A stretch of 64,000 nucleotides of DNA, taken from assembly GCA_020025175.1 (NCBI GenBank), contig JAHHSM010000002.1:6984-70983 (forward strand), in the 5' to 3' direction. Below the pieces are notes generated by a model. The model was given only the letters and a program-made list of their open reading frames with translations. It was not told the DNA's origin and did not search any database. Origin of the DNA: Oscillospiraceae bacterium (GTDB taxonomy: Bacteria > Bacillota > Clostridia > Oscillospirales > Oscillospiraceae). Of the stretch, positions 47,262 to 57,766 are shown one piece after another (within the stretch, counting starts at the first letter, position 1; each line of letters starts with the position of its first letter). A program made the position numbers and the translations under genes.

Positions 47262-47385
47262 GGTTTTCGCTATTTTGACTGCAACGGCGCACAACAGGTG
47301 CACTTGCCATTTGGCAAAATCACTTTTGTCGAAGGAAGGAGCTTTCTGTTTTTGCTGCCACAGATCTGTATATGCTTTTTCTATC

Positions 47386-47418
47386 AAAACGTGCCCTCCT
47401 AAAAGAGGGCACGTTTTC
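47386..47418. terminator. Bidirectional terminator
   Basis: AAAACGTGCCCTC-CTAAAA-GAGGGCACGTTTT downstream of comFB. Confidence 0.7.
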
Positions 47419-47446
47419 TATGCTTATAATACCAAGCCAGCTGGTT

Positions 47447-47722
47447 TTACTGATCTTCTGCATGGCGCGGAAATTCGGAGACGACTTGAAATCCGCGCGC
47501 CAATGCCGCCTGAATATCGGCCATATGCTGTCGGCGCAGGTTATTAGCCTTTGCCAGTTTCTTGCCGGCATTCGTAACAGCATATTGTGGAGGGAGCTGA
47601 TTGAGCGCATAAGCCACGGTATCGGCATGACAGCGCTCACAGGTGCAGCAATCTGCCAGCGGCGCGCACTTTTCGTAAACCTCTTCCACAAGATCTTCCA
47701 TCACATTATGATAGGATTTCAT
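47447..47722 (-). CDS. comFB: ComFB-family (late competence development) protein
   Basis: 91 aa, NVMEDLVEEVYEK...CCTCERCHADTVAYALNQLPPQY, showing the cysteine pattern of PF10719. Confidence 0.7.
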   Translation of the reverse strand: MKSYHNVMEDLVEEVYEKCAPLADCCTCERCHADTVAYALNQLPPQYAVTNAGKKLAKANNLRRQHMADIQAALARGFQVVSEFPRHAEDQ

Positions 47723-47882
47723 ATTATGCCTCCTCTCCCGTTGCTTTCAAATCAATCATACGCTTCTCCCTGCTAAATTGTCAAGAAATCGCCCATAAAT
47801 AGTTTCCTTATTTTCTAAAATGATTCAAATAAAAAAATACAGACACTGTAGTTGCACAGCATCTGTATTTTTGCTTTTTTGC

Positions 47883-50800
47883 TTATTTCATTGTCATGAG
47901 CAGCTCACCATGCTTAACCGTATCACCGGCGGAAATGCAGATCTCATCAATCTCACCATCCACCAGAGCAAGCACAGAGGTTTCCATTTTCATGGCTTCA
48001 ATTACAGCAAGCACCTCACCGGCGGAAACCTTGTCGCCTTTCTTCACAAAGATTTTACTCACTGCGCCGGGAATCTGCGCACCGATCTGCAGTTTGTTGT
48101 CCGGGTCTGCCATAGGTATCTTCTTGACCTGATCGCTGGCGGACTTATCCACCACCATGACCTCACGGCGCACACCGTTGAGTTCAAATAAAACCGCACG
48201 CTCGCCGTCTTTGTTCACTTCGCCCATACCAATATATTTAATCGCAAGGGTCTTGCCGGGTTCAATTTCCACCTGACTCGTTTCGCCGGATGCCATGCCA
48301 TGGAAGAATATATGGCTGCCCAAACGGCTGATATATCCGTATTCACGGCTCTTCTGGATAAACTCTTCGAATACCTTGGGATACAGGCACCAGGAAATGA
48401 CCGCGCGATCCGACGGTTCACGTCCCATAACTTCTTTCAGATGTTCCCGTACCGCATCAAAGTCCACAGGCTCCAACAGCTCGCCGGGACGGCAGGTGAT
48501 AGGCTCTTCACCCTTGAGCACGATTTTTTGCAAATCCTTGGGGAAGCCCCAGGCAGGCTGCCCCATCATGCCCTTGAAATAACTGATAACGGAATCGGGA
48601 TAGCTCAAATCCGCACCCTTTTCCACAATCGTTTCCGGTGTCAGATCATGCTGTACCATGAAAATCGCCAAATCTCCCACCATTTTGGAGGAAGGTGTGA
48701 CTTTGACCAGATCGCCCAGCATATCGTTGACCTTTTTATACATTTCCTTGACTTCCACAAAACGATTGCCCAAACCAAGGCTTTCCACCTGCGGCTTCAG
48801 GTTCGTATACTGGCCGCCGGGAATCTCGTAACGGTAAATATCGGTCACCGGCGTCTTTAAATCCGGTTCAAACTCCACATAGCGCTGGCGCACATCAGAC
48901 CAGTAATCGGTGAGCTTTTGCAGCTCCATCAGGTCAATACCCGTGTCGCGCGGCTGACCTTCCAGCGCAGCAACTACCGCATTGAGGGAAGGCTGGGAGG
49001 TAAGACAGGACATGGAGGAAATCGCCAGGTCCACAATATCCACACCCTCCTCGGCGGCCATCAGCACCATGCTGTTCTGGTTGCCGGAGGTATCGTGGGT
49101 GTGAAGCTGAACCGGAATATCCAGGGCATCTTTCAATGCCTTGACCAGCTCTCTTGCCGCATAGGGCTTCAAAAGGCCTGCCATGTCCTTAATGGCAATG
49201 GCATGGCAGCCGCGCTCCTGAAGCTGCTTTGCCAGATCTACATAATATTTCAGTGTATACTTTTCACGGCTGGTATCGGACACATCGCCGGTGTAGCAGA
49301 TCGTACCTTCGGCAAACTTGCCTTGCTTGAGGACTTCATCCAGTGCAACCTCCATGCCGGGCAGCCAGTTCAAGGAGTCGAACACGCGGAAAATATCAAT
49401 GCCGCCCTCTGCTGCCAAACGGACAAATTCCCGAATCACATTGTCAGGATAGTTGGTATACCCCACGGCGTTGGCACCGCGCAGGAGCATCTGGAAGGGA
49501 ATATTGGGAATGGCTTTGCGCAGGGCATACAGACGTTCCCAAGGAGATTCATGCAGAAAACGATAGGCAACATCAAAGGTTGCGCCGCCCCACATTTCCA
49601 AGGAGAAGCACTGATTCAAAATTTTTGCCGTGCCGTCTGCGGCACGCATCATATCACGGGTACGCACACGGGTTGCCAGCAGTGACTGATGGGCATCACG
49701 CATGGTGGTATCGCAGATCAGCAGCTTCTTTTCATTCATCACCAGCTTGGACAGTGCCTCAGGACCGTTCTGATCCAGATACTGCTTCAATCCGGCAGGA
49801 ATTTCGCCTTCTACCTCCGGCACACGGGCAGGCTCATACATTTTACTGCCGGCGTTGGGATCATTGACTACGATATTGCCGATATACTCCAGCATCTTGT
49901 TGCCGCGGTTTCTGGACTCGGAAATGTCAAACAGTTCCGGTGTTTCATCGATAAACTTGGTGTAGCATTTGCCCTCGCGGAAGGTCTGGTTTGTGAGGAT
50001 ATTGGTGATAAAGGCGATATTGGTCTTAACGCCGCGCACGCGTGTCTCGCTCAGCGCACGCAGGGCCTTGTGGCAGGCACCGATAAAGGTATTATCATAG
50101 CAGGTCACCTTGACCAACAGGGAATCGTAATAGGGAGAAATTTCTGCGCCGGCATAACCGTTGCCGCCGTCCAGACGGATTCCGTAACCGCCGGAAGAAC
50201 GATAGGCGGTAATCTTACCGGTGTCCGGTGCAAAATTATTGGCAGGGTCTTCCGTTGTCACGCGGCACTGGATCGCATAACCGCGTGGACGGATATCCTC
50301 TTGACAGGTGATGCCGATTTCGGGAGCATTCAAGGGCATACCTGCCGCAATCATCAGCTGGGCACGCACCAGATCCACGTCGGTCACCATTTCTGTGACA
50401 GTATGCTCCACCTGAATACGGGGATTCATTTCGATGAAATAATGGTTTCCTTTCTGGTCTACCAGAAATTCCACCGTACCTGCATTGACAAAGCCGACTT
50501 CTTTTGCGATCTTGACGGCATCTGCGCACAATGCGTCGCGCACTTTCTGCGGCACAGAGAATGCGGGTGTAAATTCGACGACCTTTTGAAAACGGCGCTG
50601 CAGGGAGCAGTCACGCTCGTGCAGGTGGACAACATTTCCATATTGATCCGCCAAAATCTGTACTTCGATGTGCTTGGGGCGCTCCAGAAATTTTTCGATA
50701 AAAATACTGTCATCGCCAAAAGCCTTGGCAGCTTCACCTTTGACAAGATTGAAGGCAGGAATCACGTCATCTTCACTGTCACAGCGGCGCATACCGCGGC

Positions 50801-51308
50801 CGCCGCCGCCGGCGGCTGCCTTGAGCATAATGGGAAAACCATATTCCTTTGCTTTGGCAAGGGCTTCTTCGCCATCCTTCAGCGGCTCGGTGCTGCCGGG
50901 AATAATGGGTACGCCGCAGCGGATTGCCGTTTCCTTTGCGGCCAGCTTATCGCCCATCTGCGCCAGCACATGGGAGGGAGGACCCACAAATACAATACCG
51001 TTTTCCTCACAGGCACGGGCAAATTCTGCATTTTCAGACAGAAAACCATAGCCCGGATGAATGGCATCCACATGGCGGCGCTTTGCCAAATCAATAATGG
51101 CAGGAATATTCAGATAAGAACCCAGAGGACCCAGCTTTTCGCTCATCTCATAGGACTCATCCGCTTTTGTGCGGAAAAGGCTGTAGGTATCTTCTTTGGA
51201 ATACATTGCCACGGTGCGCAAATCCAAGTCTGCGCAAGCGCGGAATACGCGGATTGCAATTTCACCACGGTTGGCAACCAAAACCTTTTTAATCGGATGC
51301 ACGGTCAT
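47883..51308 (-). CDS. pyc: Pyruvate carboxylase
   Basis: Biotin carboxylase N-terminus KKVLVANRGEIAIR, a carboxyltransferase TIM domain and the C-terminal biotinyl motif EAMKME. Start at MTVHPIKK after AAGGGGA. Confidence 0.95.
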   Translation of the reverse strand: MTVHPIKKVLVANRGEIAIRVFRACADLDLRTVAMYSKEDTYSLFRTKADESYEMSEKLGPLGSYLNIPAIIDLAKRRHVDAIHPGYGFLSENAEFARACEENGIVFVGPPSHVLAQMGDKLAAKETAIRCGVPIIPGSTEPLKDGEEALAKAKEYGFPIMLKAAAGGGGRGMRRCDSEDDVIPAFNLVKGEAAKAFGDDSIFIEKFLERPKHIEVQILADQYGNVVHLHERDCSLQRRFQKVVEFTPAFSVPQKVRDALCADAVKIAKEVGFVNAGTVEFLVDQKGNHYFIEMNPRIQVEHTVTEMVTDVDLVRAQLMIAAGMPLNAPEIGITCQEDIRPRGYAIQCRVTTEDPANNFAPDTGKITAYRSSGGYGIRLDGGNGYAGAEISPYYDSLLVKVTCYDNTFIGACHKALRALSETRVRGVKTNIAFITNILTNQTFREGKCYTKFIDETPELFDISESRNRGNKMLEYIGNIVVNDPNAGSKMYEPARVPEVEGEIPAGLKQYLDQNGPEALSKLVMNEKKLLICDTTMRDAHQSLLATRVRTRDMMRAADGTAKILNQCFSLEMWGGATFDVAYRFLHESPWERLYALRKAIPNIPFQMLLRGANAVGYTNYPDNVIREFVRLAAEGGIDIFRVFDSLNWLPGMEVALDEVLKQGKFAEGTICYTGDVSDTSREKYTLKYYVDLAKQLQERGCHAIAIKDMAGLLKPYAARELVKALKDALDIPVQLHTHDTSGNQNSMVLMAAEEGVDIVDLAISSMSCLTSQPSLNAVVAALEGQPRDTGIDLMELQKLTDYWSDVRQRYVEFEPDLKTPVTDIYRYEIPGGQYTNLKPQVESLGLGNRFVEVKEMYKKVNDMLGDLVKVTPSSKMVGDLAIFMVQHDLTPETIVEKGADLSYPDSVISYFKGMMGQPAWGFPKDLQKIVLKGEEPITCRPGELLEPVDFDAVREHLKEVMGREPSDRAVISWCLYPKVFEEFIQKSREYGYISRLGSHIFFHGMASGETSQVEIEPGKTLAIKYIGMGEVNKDGERAVLFELNGVRREVMVVDKSASDQVKKIPMADPDNKLQIGAQIPGAVSKIFVKKGDKVSAGEVLAVIEAMKMETSVLALVDGEIDEICISAGDTVKHGELLMTMK

Positions 51309-51544
51309 TCTATCGTCCCCTTTTCTGATCATTACTGCGCTGCGATTGATCTGCAAATTGTTTGCAATCAATCACTTCGCTTTATCAATAAGCTCAATTA
51401 CGCAAATCTTGTTTCATAGTTTAACATACTAAATTGCTTTTTGCAATACAAAGATAAAAAAATTGCAAATTATACTGCTTTTTACATGGTATTCTCCTGA
51501 TTTTGACATATTCTATTTTATATGCGCCATTTTTGCTTTTCCTG

Positions 51545-51582
51545 GAAAAATAAATCCGTCGCTCGCAGTTCTTGAGCGACGG
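51545..51582 (-). terminator. Terminator after the ferredoxin-like gene
   Basis: CCGTCGCTC-loop-GAGCGACGG followed on the minus strand by a T-rich tract. Confidence 0.55.
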
Positions 51583-51615
51583 ACATTCATCTTTTATAAT
51601 AGGATAGATGAAATA

Positions 51616-52050
51616 TCACTTGCCGCCCGGCTCCCATTCCAGAGCTTGCTGCGGACAGGCTTCCACGCACACGGGCTTCAACCCGCGGCGCACACGATCA
51701 ATGCATCCATCGCATTTTTGAATTGTATGGTCTGTGCCGAAAAAAATCGCGTCAAAGGGACAGGCTTTCGCGCATTTTCCGCAGCCAATACATGGTGCAT
51801 TGTCGTGGAGCACGATGCCTGTTTCCATATCGCGGATGATGCTGCCCGTTGGACAAACGGTAGCGCAGCGCGTTGTCACACAGTGAAAACAGCTTTGTGA
51901 ATTGAAGGACAGCTGTAGTTCTCCACCCTCTATGCGCTCTTTACGCACAATTTTACGCAAAAGCGGCGGATGAATATCTTTTTCATCCATACACGCCACA
52001 ACGCAGGCACCGCAGCCGTTGCATTTGCGAGATTCACAATGGATTCCCAT
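51616..52050 (-). CDS. 4Fe-4S dicluster electron-transfer subunit (DmsB-like)
   Basis: Repeated CxxCxxCxxxC motifs (CNGCGACVVAC, CIGCGKCAKAC, CDGC). It lies immediately downstream of the molybdopterin subunit gene. Confidence 0.8.
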   Translation of the reverse strand: MGIHCESRKCNGCGACVVACMDEKDIHPPLLRKIVRKERIEGGELQLSFNSQSCFHCVTTRCATVCPTGSIIRDMETGIVLHDNAPCIGCGKCAKACPFDAIFFGTDHTIQKCDGCIDRVRRGLKPVCVEACPQQALEWEPGGK

Positions 52051-52071
52051 AGAAAACGCTCTCCTTCCTTT

Positions 52072-54162
52072 TCATACTTTACGCATATCGCAGCTCATAA
52101 TTCTAAGGGCCGATACGCCGGAGCACGGATCTACATGCTCCTCTGGCAAAATAGCACAGATATCTGCCTCTTCATAGTTTGGCAGCACTGCAACCATACC
52201 GGGCTGAATCCCCCGTGTCAGCTGGGCGAGCATCTGCACCGCGCCAAATTCCGTTTTAATTTCCACCGTATCGCCCTGCTTGATATCCAATTGTGCCGCA
52301 TCATCAGGATGCATTTCCACCGCAGGTGCCACCTGCATGGCACGAATCCATTCAATGCGATGGGTTCTGGAGTGGAAACCAAAGGTCTGGCGGTTGCCGA
52401 CCGAAAGTACAAACGGAAATTCCCGCTTTGTCTCTTCGCTGCGGGGTTCTTTATACTCCGGCAGCATAGCCTGACCCAGCTGTGCCATTGTCTGCGACTT
52501 CAATTCGTAGCGGCCGCTGGGGGTTTTATAGCCTTTTTTCGTATAATCACCGGGACGATAAAGCTCACGCGGCAGGTGCGTCGGCACTGCGGACTGCTTC
52601 AAAACATCCAGCGAGAAATTCATATTCAGCAGCCAGTAATCATACAGATACTGTGCACCGCTGCACAGTCTGAAATCCTCTGGTGCAATGCGCCGTGCCA
52701 GATCACAGATAATATCCAGATCTGCCCGCGCCTCACCCAAAGGCGCAATGATCGGTGCCGTGTAGTATATCTTCTGCTCCGGTGTAATATGAATCATTTC
52801 ACGTTCAAACGATGAACAGGCCGGCAGAACAATGTCCGCATATTTCGCCGTCCGTGTCATAAATAAATCCACATTCACAAAGAAATCCAGATTCTGCAAT
52901 GCATCCGTCCAGCTGCTGTCATTGGTGAAATCATAAATATTCAGCCCGAAGGAGCACAGCGCACGTACCGGATAAGGCGTTGCGCAACGCAGCTGGCGGA
53001 CAAGATCCGTCAGCTGGCATTGATCGCTGAAGCGTGCAAACGCCGGATATTTCTGCGCGCCGATCGGTAAGGTACGGGTATGGTGTCCAATCTCTGCCAC
53101 AAATTCTTCCAATACCTGTTTGCAGGCAGACCTCTGCACATCCGGTAACATACCGCCGCGCACATCATAATTCCCTGTGATTGCACACAGCGCCTCGATT
53201 GCACGGCGTGTCTGCACGCCGTTCGGCATTTGTGCAAAGGCACCGTCTGCAATCATAACGGACATGGGGCCATTTTGCATAATCATATGCGCCGCAGTTT
53301 CCAGCTGTGCTGCGGAGATTCCGGTCAACTGCTCCACATATTCAGGTGTGTAGTCGTTGATATAAGCACGGTATTCAAAAAACCCCTGCACATGCTGGTT
53401 GACATAATTTTTATTCACCCAGCCCTTTTCGATAAAAAGGCGGGCAAGCCCGTGGGCGAGCGCCGCATCGGTTCCCGGACGAATCTGCAAATGCAAGTCT
53501 GCCAGATGGTATGTGCTGAATGTGGTGCGCGGGTCAATGGCGATTACCTTTGCACCGCGTTTTTGCGTCAAGGCAGGGTCTACAACAGTATTGCCTTTAT
53601 TATAAATGTTGCAGCCCCACATCAAAACCACGCCGGAATGATGAATATCGGGATGGCAGGTGCAGCCGGCAGCCACGCCGGACGCAATCACAGCACCGCA
53701 TTTTTTTGTACAATAAGCACTGCCGTAATTGACGCTGCCAAAAGAATACGCCAAACGCTGCAAAGCTGCGCGCGTCCATTCATTATAACCGCCGGTAAAT
53801 ACTACAGAATTTGCGCTGTATTTTTTCTTGCAAATGCCAAGGCGCTTTTCAATTTCGTCCAGCGCTTCTTCCCAGGTAATGGGCTCAAAATGGCCTTCCC
53901 CGCGCGGACCCTTTCGCCGCAGGGGCGTTTTTATACGATCTTCATGGTAAACATACTGCCGATTTGCATGGCCGCGGGCACACAGGTATCCGTTGCCGTA
54001 GGCAGGGTTTTTGCATCCCATGACTTTAATGACAGTTCCATGATCTACATAAGCGTCAATATTACAGCCTGCATCACAAATATCGCATACTGTGCGGCAT
54101 ACGCGTATGTGATTATCCTTAGACGGGATTTTTGCCCCTTGATACCTCTTGTTCTCTCTCAC
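52072..54162 (-). CDS. Molybdopterin-dependent oxidoreductase catalytic subunit (DMSO reductase family)
   Basis: N-terminal Fe-S motif CDICDAGCNIDAYV...YLCARG. 696 aa, paired with the 4Fe-4S subunit. Confidence 0.85.
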   Translation of the reverse strand: MRENKRYQGAKIPSKDNHIRVCRTVCDICDAGCNIDAYVDHGTVIKVMGCKNPAYGNGYLCARGHANRQYVYHEDRIKTPLRRKGPRGEGHFEPITWEEALDEIEKRLGICKKKYSANSVVFTGGYNEWTRAALQRLAYSFGSVNYGSAYCTKKCGAVIASGVAAGCTCHPDIHHSGVVLMWGCNIYNKGNTVVDPALTQKRGAKVIAIDPRTTFSTYHLADLHLQIRPGTDAALAHGLARLFIEKGWVNKNYVNQHVQGFFEYRAYINDYTPEYVEQLTGISAAQLETAAHMIMQNGPMSVMIADGAFAQMPNGVQTRRAIEALCAITGNYDVRGGMLPDVQRSACKQVLEEFVAEIGHHTRTLPIGAQKYPAFARFSDQCQLTDLVRQLRCATPYPVRALCSFGLNIYDFTNDSSWTDALQNLDFFVNVDLFMTRTAKYADIVLPACSSFEREMIHITPEQKIYYTAPIIAPLGEARADLDIICDLARRIAPEDFRLCSGAQYLYDYWLLNMNFSLDVLKQSAVPTHLPRELYRPGDYTKKGYKTPSGRYELKSQTMAQLGQAMLPEYKEPRSEETKREFPFVLSVGNRQTFGFHSRTHRIEWIRAMQVAPAVEMHPDDAAQLDIKQGDTVEIKTEFGAVQMLAQLTRGIQPGMVAVLPNYEEADICAILPEEHVDPCSGVSALRIMSCDMRKV

Positions 54163-54206
54163 AGGACTCCCCCTTTATTTGTTCAAAATTGGTTTGCTTA
54201 CATTTT

Positions 54207-54824
54207 TTAGTGCAGCAGTCTGATGCCCTTCCAAGTGCAATCAGGGAGCACGGCAATCCCGACAACGGCACGGGATATAATGTTTTCTTTTTCGATATAA
54301 GGCTGATTCCAGGCACGGCTGTCGTAAGAGCCGGTGCGGTTATCGCCCATCACAAATATACAGTCCTCCGGCACCTCAAAGACTTCTGCTGCTCCGGAAG
54401 GATAGGTCTGTCCCTGCTGGGGCAGGTAGTGTTCTTCCAGCTGCTGCCCATTCACATACACATAGCCATCGGAAAACGTGATGGTTTCGCCCGGCAGGCC
54501 AATAACGCGCTTGACCAGCAGTTCATCCAGTTCATCACTTTTGAACATGACAATATCACCGCGTTCCGGGAGGGGATCTGCCACAAAATACGGCAGCCGC
54601 CAACCGATGAAATGGGATTTTGTCGGCAGGGTAGATTCCATAGAACCCGTAGGTACCCACGCCAGTGAAAACACCACGCCAAACAATATCAGCACAGTGA
54701 CAATCGGTACAATCAAATAGCCGGTAGCGTCCCAAAACTTACGCAGCAATGCTTTCTGCGCAGACTCCTCTGCCGGTTCCTCATCCTCAATCAATGTTTC
54801 CTCTTTCTCTTTATACTGATCCAT
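54207..54824 (-). CDS. lepB: Signal peptidase I
   Basis: Motifs VPTGSMESTLP (catalytic Ser), GDIVMF, KRVIGLPGE and GDNRTGSYDSR. Start at MDQYKEKEE. Confidence 0.88.
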   Translation of the reverse strand: MDQYKEKEETLIEDEEPAEESAQKALLRKFWDATGYLIVPIVTVLILFGVVFSLAWVPTGSMESTLPTKSHFIGWRLPYFVADPLPERGDIVMFKSDELDELLVKRVIGLPGETITFSDGYVYVNGQQLEEHYLPQQGQTYPSGAAEVFEVPEDCIFVMGDNRTGSYDSRAWNQPYIEKENIISRAVVGIAVLPDCTWKGIRLLH

Positions 54825-54858
54825 TTTTAAATTCCCTTTCCGAAAACTGAATCGTTCT

Positions 54859-56127
54859 TTATTGTCCGCACTGCGCCTGCTGCACACGGGGAAGGGTGCT
54901 CCCACCATAGGGCATGGCAAGCAGCGTTGCCTTTTTACCACACTTTTTAAATGCTGCGCCCAGCGCATCCTCCACCGTTGAAAACGGTGTCATAAAAATC
55001 TGCTTCACGGCTTCGTCCGTCCAATCGGATACCAGATAAATGTCCGCCATTTGTTCCACCATGGCAATGGCTGCCGCCTTATGGCCGCCCAGTACAAAAT
55101 TTTCACGCAGGCGGTCAATCAGATCCTGGGGCTTCTGCGCTGCCCGGAACCACGCTTCAAATACCTCTTCACCAAAGCCCTCTTTGGCGCAGCCGATCAA
55201 AATAATCACCCCTCCGGGCTTGACCGCATGCTTTGCATTATCCAAAGCCTTTTGCAGCTGATAGAGATTTGCGTCCTTTGGTGCGCCGCCCTGCGAAACC
55301 AGAACAATGTCTGCGCATGCAGGAATCGGTGTGAGATAAAACTGCTCCAAAAAGGCACACCCTGCACGGTGTGCCTGGGTCACATCACCGGCAACTGCGT
55401 GAAGAATCCGCTTGTGGGCATCAAGAACCACGTTGACAATAAAGTCCACGCCCACCATGGCGGCAGCTTCCTCGATATCTTCACGCACGGGATTGCCCGA
55501 AAGCTTTCCAGCATGGGAGCCGGGCTCCACCATATGGCTGTGATTAAAGCGAATGGAAGTTCGGGTGGAAACGCCGGGCATAATCGCCTTGGCACCGCCG
55601 CTGAATCCGGCAAAATAATGAAATTCAATATTTCCAAGACAAATCCGCCGATCCGCCTCTGCCACAGCGCGCATAATTTCCACAGGCGTACCGCGGCTGG
55701 TGGTACCCACCATGACAGCGTCATCCCGATCGCTGTCGATACATCGAATTTCCTTATATGCACGCTCGCCTGCCAAATGGCGGCGTTCTTCATCGGTATG
55801 GGCACGATGTACACCCCGGGCAAAAATCAGCGTGATGTCCTTTGCGAGCACACCGCCGGCGTATAACTCGTCCAATAATGCCGGCATGACCTTCCATGTG
55901 GGCATAGGGCGGGAAATATCCGAAGAGACGATGACTACCTTCTCGCCGGGCTGCACGGTGCTCCGCAGCAGCGGAGCACCAATCGGTGCAGAAAGCGCCC
56001 CGCGCACCAGTGACTCTTCATCCTGCTTTTGCAGCGGTATTTCATTGGGGCGCAGAATCTTCAGTAAATTTTCTTCCGGTACTTCAGCATACTGTACACC
56101 GGTATCATATCCAAACTCCAATCGCAT
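54859..56127 (-). CDS. larA: Nickel-dependent lactate racemase family protein (LarA/DUF2088)
   Basis: 422 aa with the N-terminus MRLEFGYDTG...EVPEENLL, and FHYFAGFSGGAKAI and GGHKAAA motifs. Confidence 0.8.
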   Translation of the reverse strand: MRLEFGYDTGVQYAEVPEENLLKILRPNEIPLQKQDEESLVRGALSAPIGAPLLRSTVQPGEKVVIVSSDISRPMPTWKVMPALLDELYAGGVLAKDITLIFARGVHRAHTDEERRHLAGERAYKEIRCIDSDRDDAVMVGTTSRGTPVEIMRAVAEADRRICLGNIEFHYFAGFSGGAKAIMPGVSTRTSIRFNHSHMVEPGSHAGKLSGNPVREDIEEAAAMVGVDFIVNVVLDAHKRILHAVAGDVTQAHRAGCAFLEQFYLTPIPACADIVLVSQGGAPKDANLYQLQKALDNAKHAVKPGGVIILIGCAKEGFGEEVFEAWFRAAQKPQDLIDRLRENFVLGGHKAAAIAMVEQMADIYLVSDWTDEAVKQIFMTPFSTVEDALGAAFKKCGKKATLLAMPYGGSTLPRVQQAQCGQ

Positions 56128-56343
56128 ATGTCATCCCCTGAAAAAATCCACAGTTCGTCAATTTTTTGACAATGGTATAGATAATCGTAGTATAGCACAA
56201 AAATTAACCTTCTGTCCATGAAAATTACACAAAAGAATTGCGCCATTTTATGCCAAAGCCAGAATCTTCGGTGGCTGTGTCTTTACTCCGAAGCGTTCTA
56301 ATGCTATAATAAACAATATTTTAAAAAGTTTCGAGGTGTATTT

Positions 56344-56940
56344 ATGACTATCACCTATAGTTACGGCAAAAACCTCTATGTGAACACGACCAATCGCTGC
56401 GATATGCACTGCGATTTCTGCCTGCGGAATCTGGGCGAGGGCGTGGGGGAGGCCGACAGCCTGTGGCTCGAACGTGAGCCGACCCGTGAGGAAATCTGGG
56501 AAGATATTCAAAAGCGTGATTTAAGCCAGTATCAGGAGCTTGTCTTCTGCGGCTATGGGGAACCGACTTATCGTCTGCACGATATTTTCTGGGTTTGCGA
56601 TCAGGTGCGGGCCGCATCGTCCATTGCCATCCGCATTGACACCAACGGCCATGCGAATTTGATTTGGGAAGAGGATGTCACACCCCTGTTTGAGGGACGG
56701 TTTGACACCGTATCCATCTCCCTGAATGCCGCGGATCAGGAAACTTACGACTGCCGCTGCGTTCCCGATTACGAAAACGGGTATGAAGCCATGCTCCGGT
56801 TTGCGCGGGATGTGCAGAAGTATGTGCCCTATGTAATTCTTTCCGTTGTAGACTGCATTCCTGCCGAGGAGATTGAAGCCTGCCGTGCCGTCTGCGAAGA
56901 AATCGGTGCTGAATATCGTGTGCGTGTTTACGGAACCTGA
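56344..56940 (+). CDS. Radical SAM protein (TatD-associated type, TIGR04038-like)
   Basis: YVNTTNRCDMHCDFCLRN CxxxCxxC motif. 198 aa. Confidence 0.7.
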   Translation: MTITYSYGKNLYVNTTNRCDMHCDFCLRNLGEGVGEADSLWLEREPTREEIWEDIQKRDLSQYQELVFCGYGEPTYRLHDIFWVCDQVRAASSIAIRIDTNGHANLIWEEDVTPLFEGRFDTVSISLNAADQETYDCRCVPDYENGYEAMLRFARDVQKYVPYVILSVVDCIPAEEIEACRAVCEEIGAEYRVRVYGT

Positions 56941-56972
56941 ATGGGGAATTTGCCCCGGCATAACGTGTAGCT

Positions 56973-57020
56973 AAAAAACGGAGTAGCGCTGCCAACGCAG
57001 CGCTACTCCGTTTTAAAAAA
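56973..57020. terminator. Bidirectional terminator
   Basis: 14-bp stem ACGGAGTAGCGCTG/CAGCGCTACTCCGT flanked by an A-run and a T-run. Confidence 0.75.
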
Positions 57021-57107
57021 CTTTATAGTACCCAAAGGGGCTTTTTGTGCTGTCCATATAATCCAAGGAAAGTCACAGCAGTGCTCAAAAGGGGCAGACG
57101 CTTTTAT

Positions 57108-57518
57108 TTAGAAATACTTTCTAATTTCATCAGTAGCCAAAGCTTCGTCTGCGCTAATGGTAATAACAAACTTAATCTTATGCTTTTCGGAGAACGCATC
57201 TGCCCAAGCCAAGAATTTTTCCACTTCAAAATTGATGTCACTGGGAACAATCTTGCACAGGGAATCAATGAAAATCTGGGAGATGTCGAAGTTGCCGGCA
57301 TACAGACCGCTGATAAAGCCTTTCATTGCGGCAAAAGAATCAATAGGATATTCGCTGGCTTCTACCAGACGGATACTATTGTGAATATCATAAGTCAACT
57401 TGGAACCGCGTTCAATGCAAACCACGTTGCCTGCTTCACTTTGAGCGGCTTCATTAATCAGCTCGATCATCTGCTTGGTTTTGCCGGTGCCCTTGACGCC
57501 CATAATTACTCTTACCAT
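57108..57518 (-). CDS. Small P-loop NTPase-like protein, unknown function
   Basis: 136 aa with the Walker A-like motif GVKGTGKTKQ. No further assignment is possible. Confidence 0.4.
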   Translation of the reverse strand: MVRVIMGVKGTGKTKQMIELINEAAQSEAGNVVCIERGSKLTYDIHNSIRLVEASEYPIDSFAAMKGFISGLYAGNFDISQIFIDSLCKIVPSDINFEVEKFLAWADAFSEKHKIKFVITISADEALATDEIRKYF

Positions 57519-57766
57519 AATTATCCAACTCCTTTAAACTAAAAATGGAGGTTCCTTATTTTGTGACACTAGAATACCACATTTATGTTAAAATGGCAAT
57601 GCAAATTTAAATTATAAGGAAATTGTTTTGGTCAGTTTTCCTAAAACCGTTTTGTGCGCGATAAACATTTATGCACAGGGTGTATGAGCAGGGGTACGAT
57701 GCTCTTGGATGAAAATGGGTGTAGGATACATTTTGCAAAATACATCGCTTCACAGAGAATTTGTGT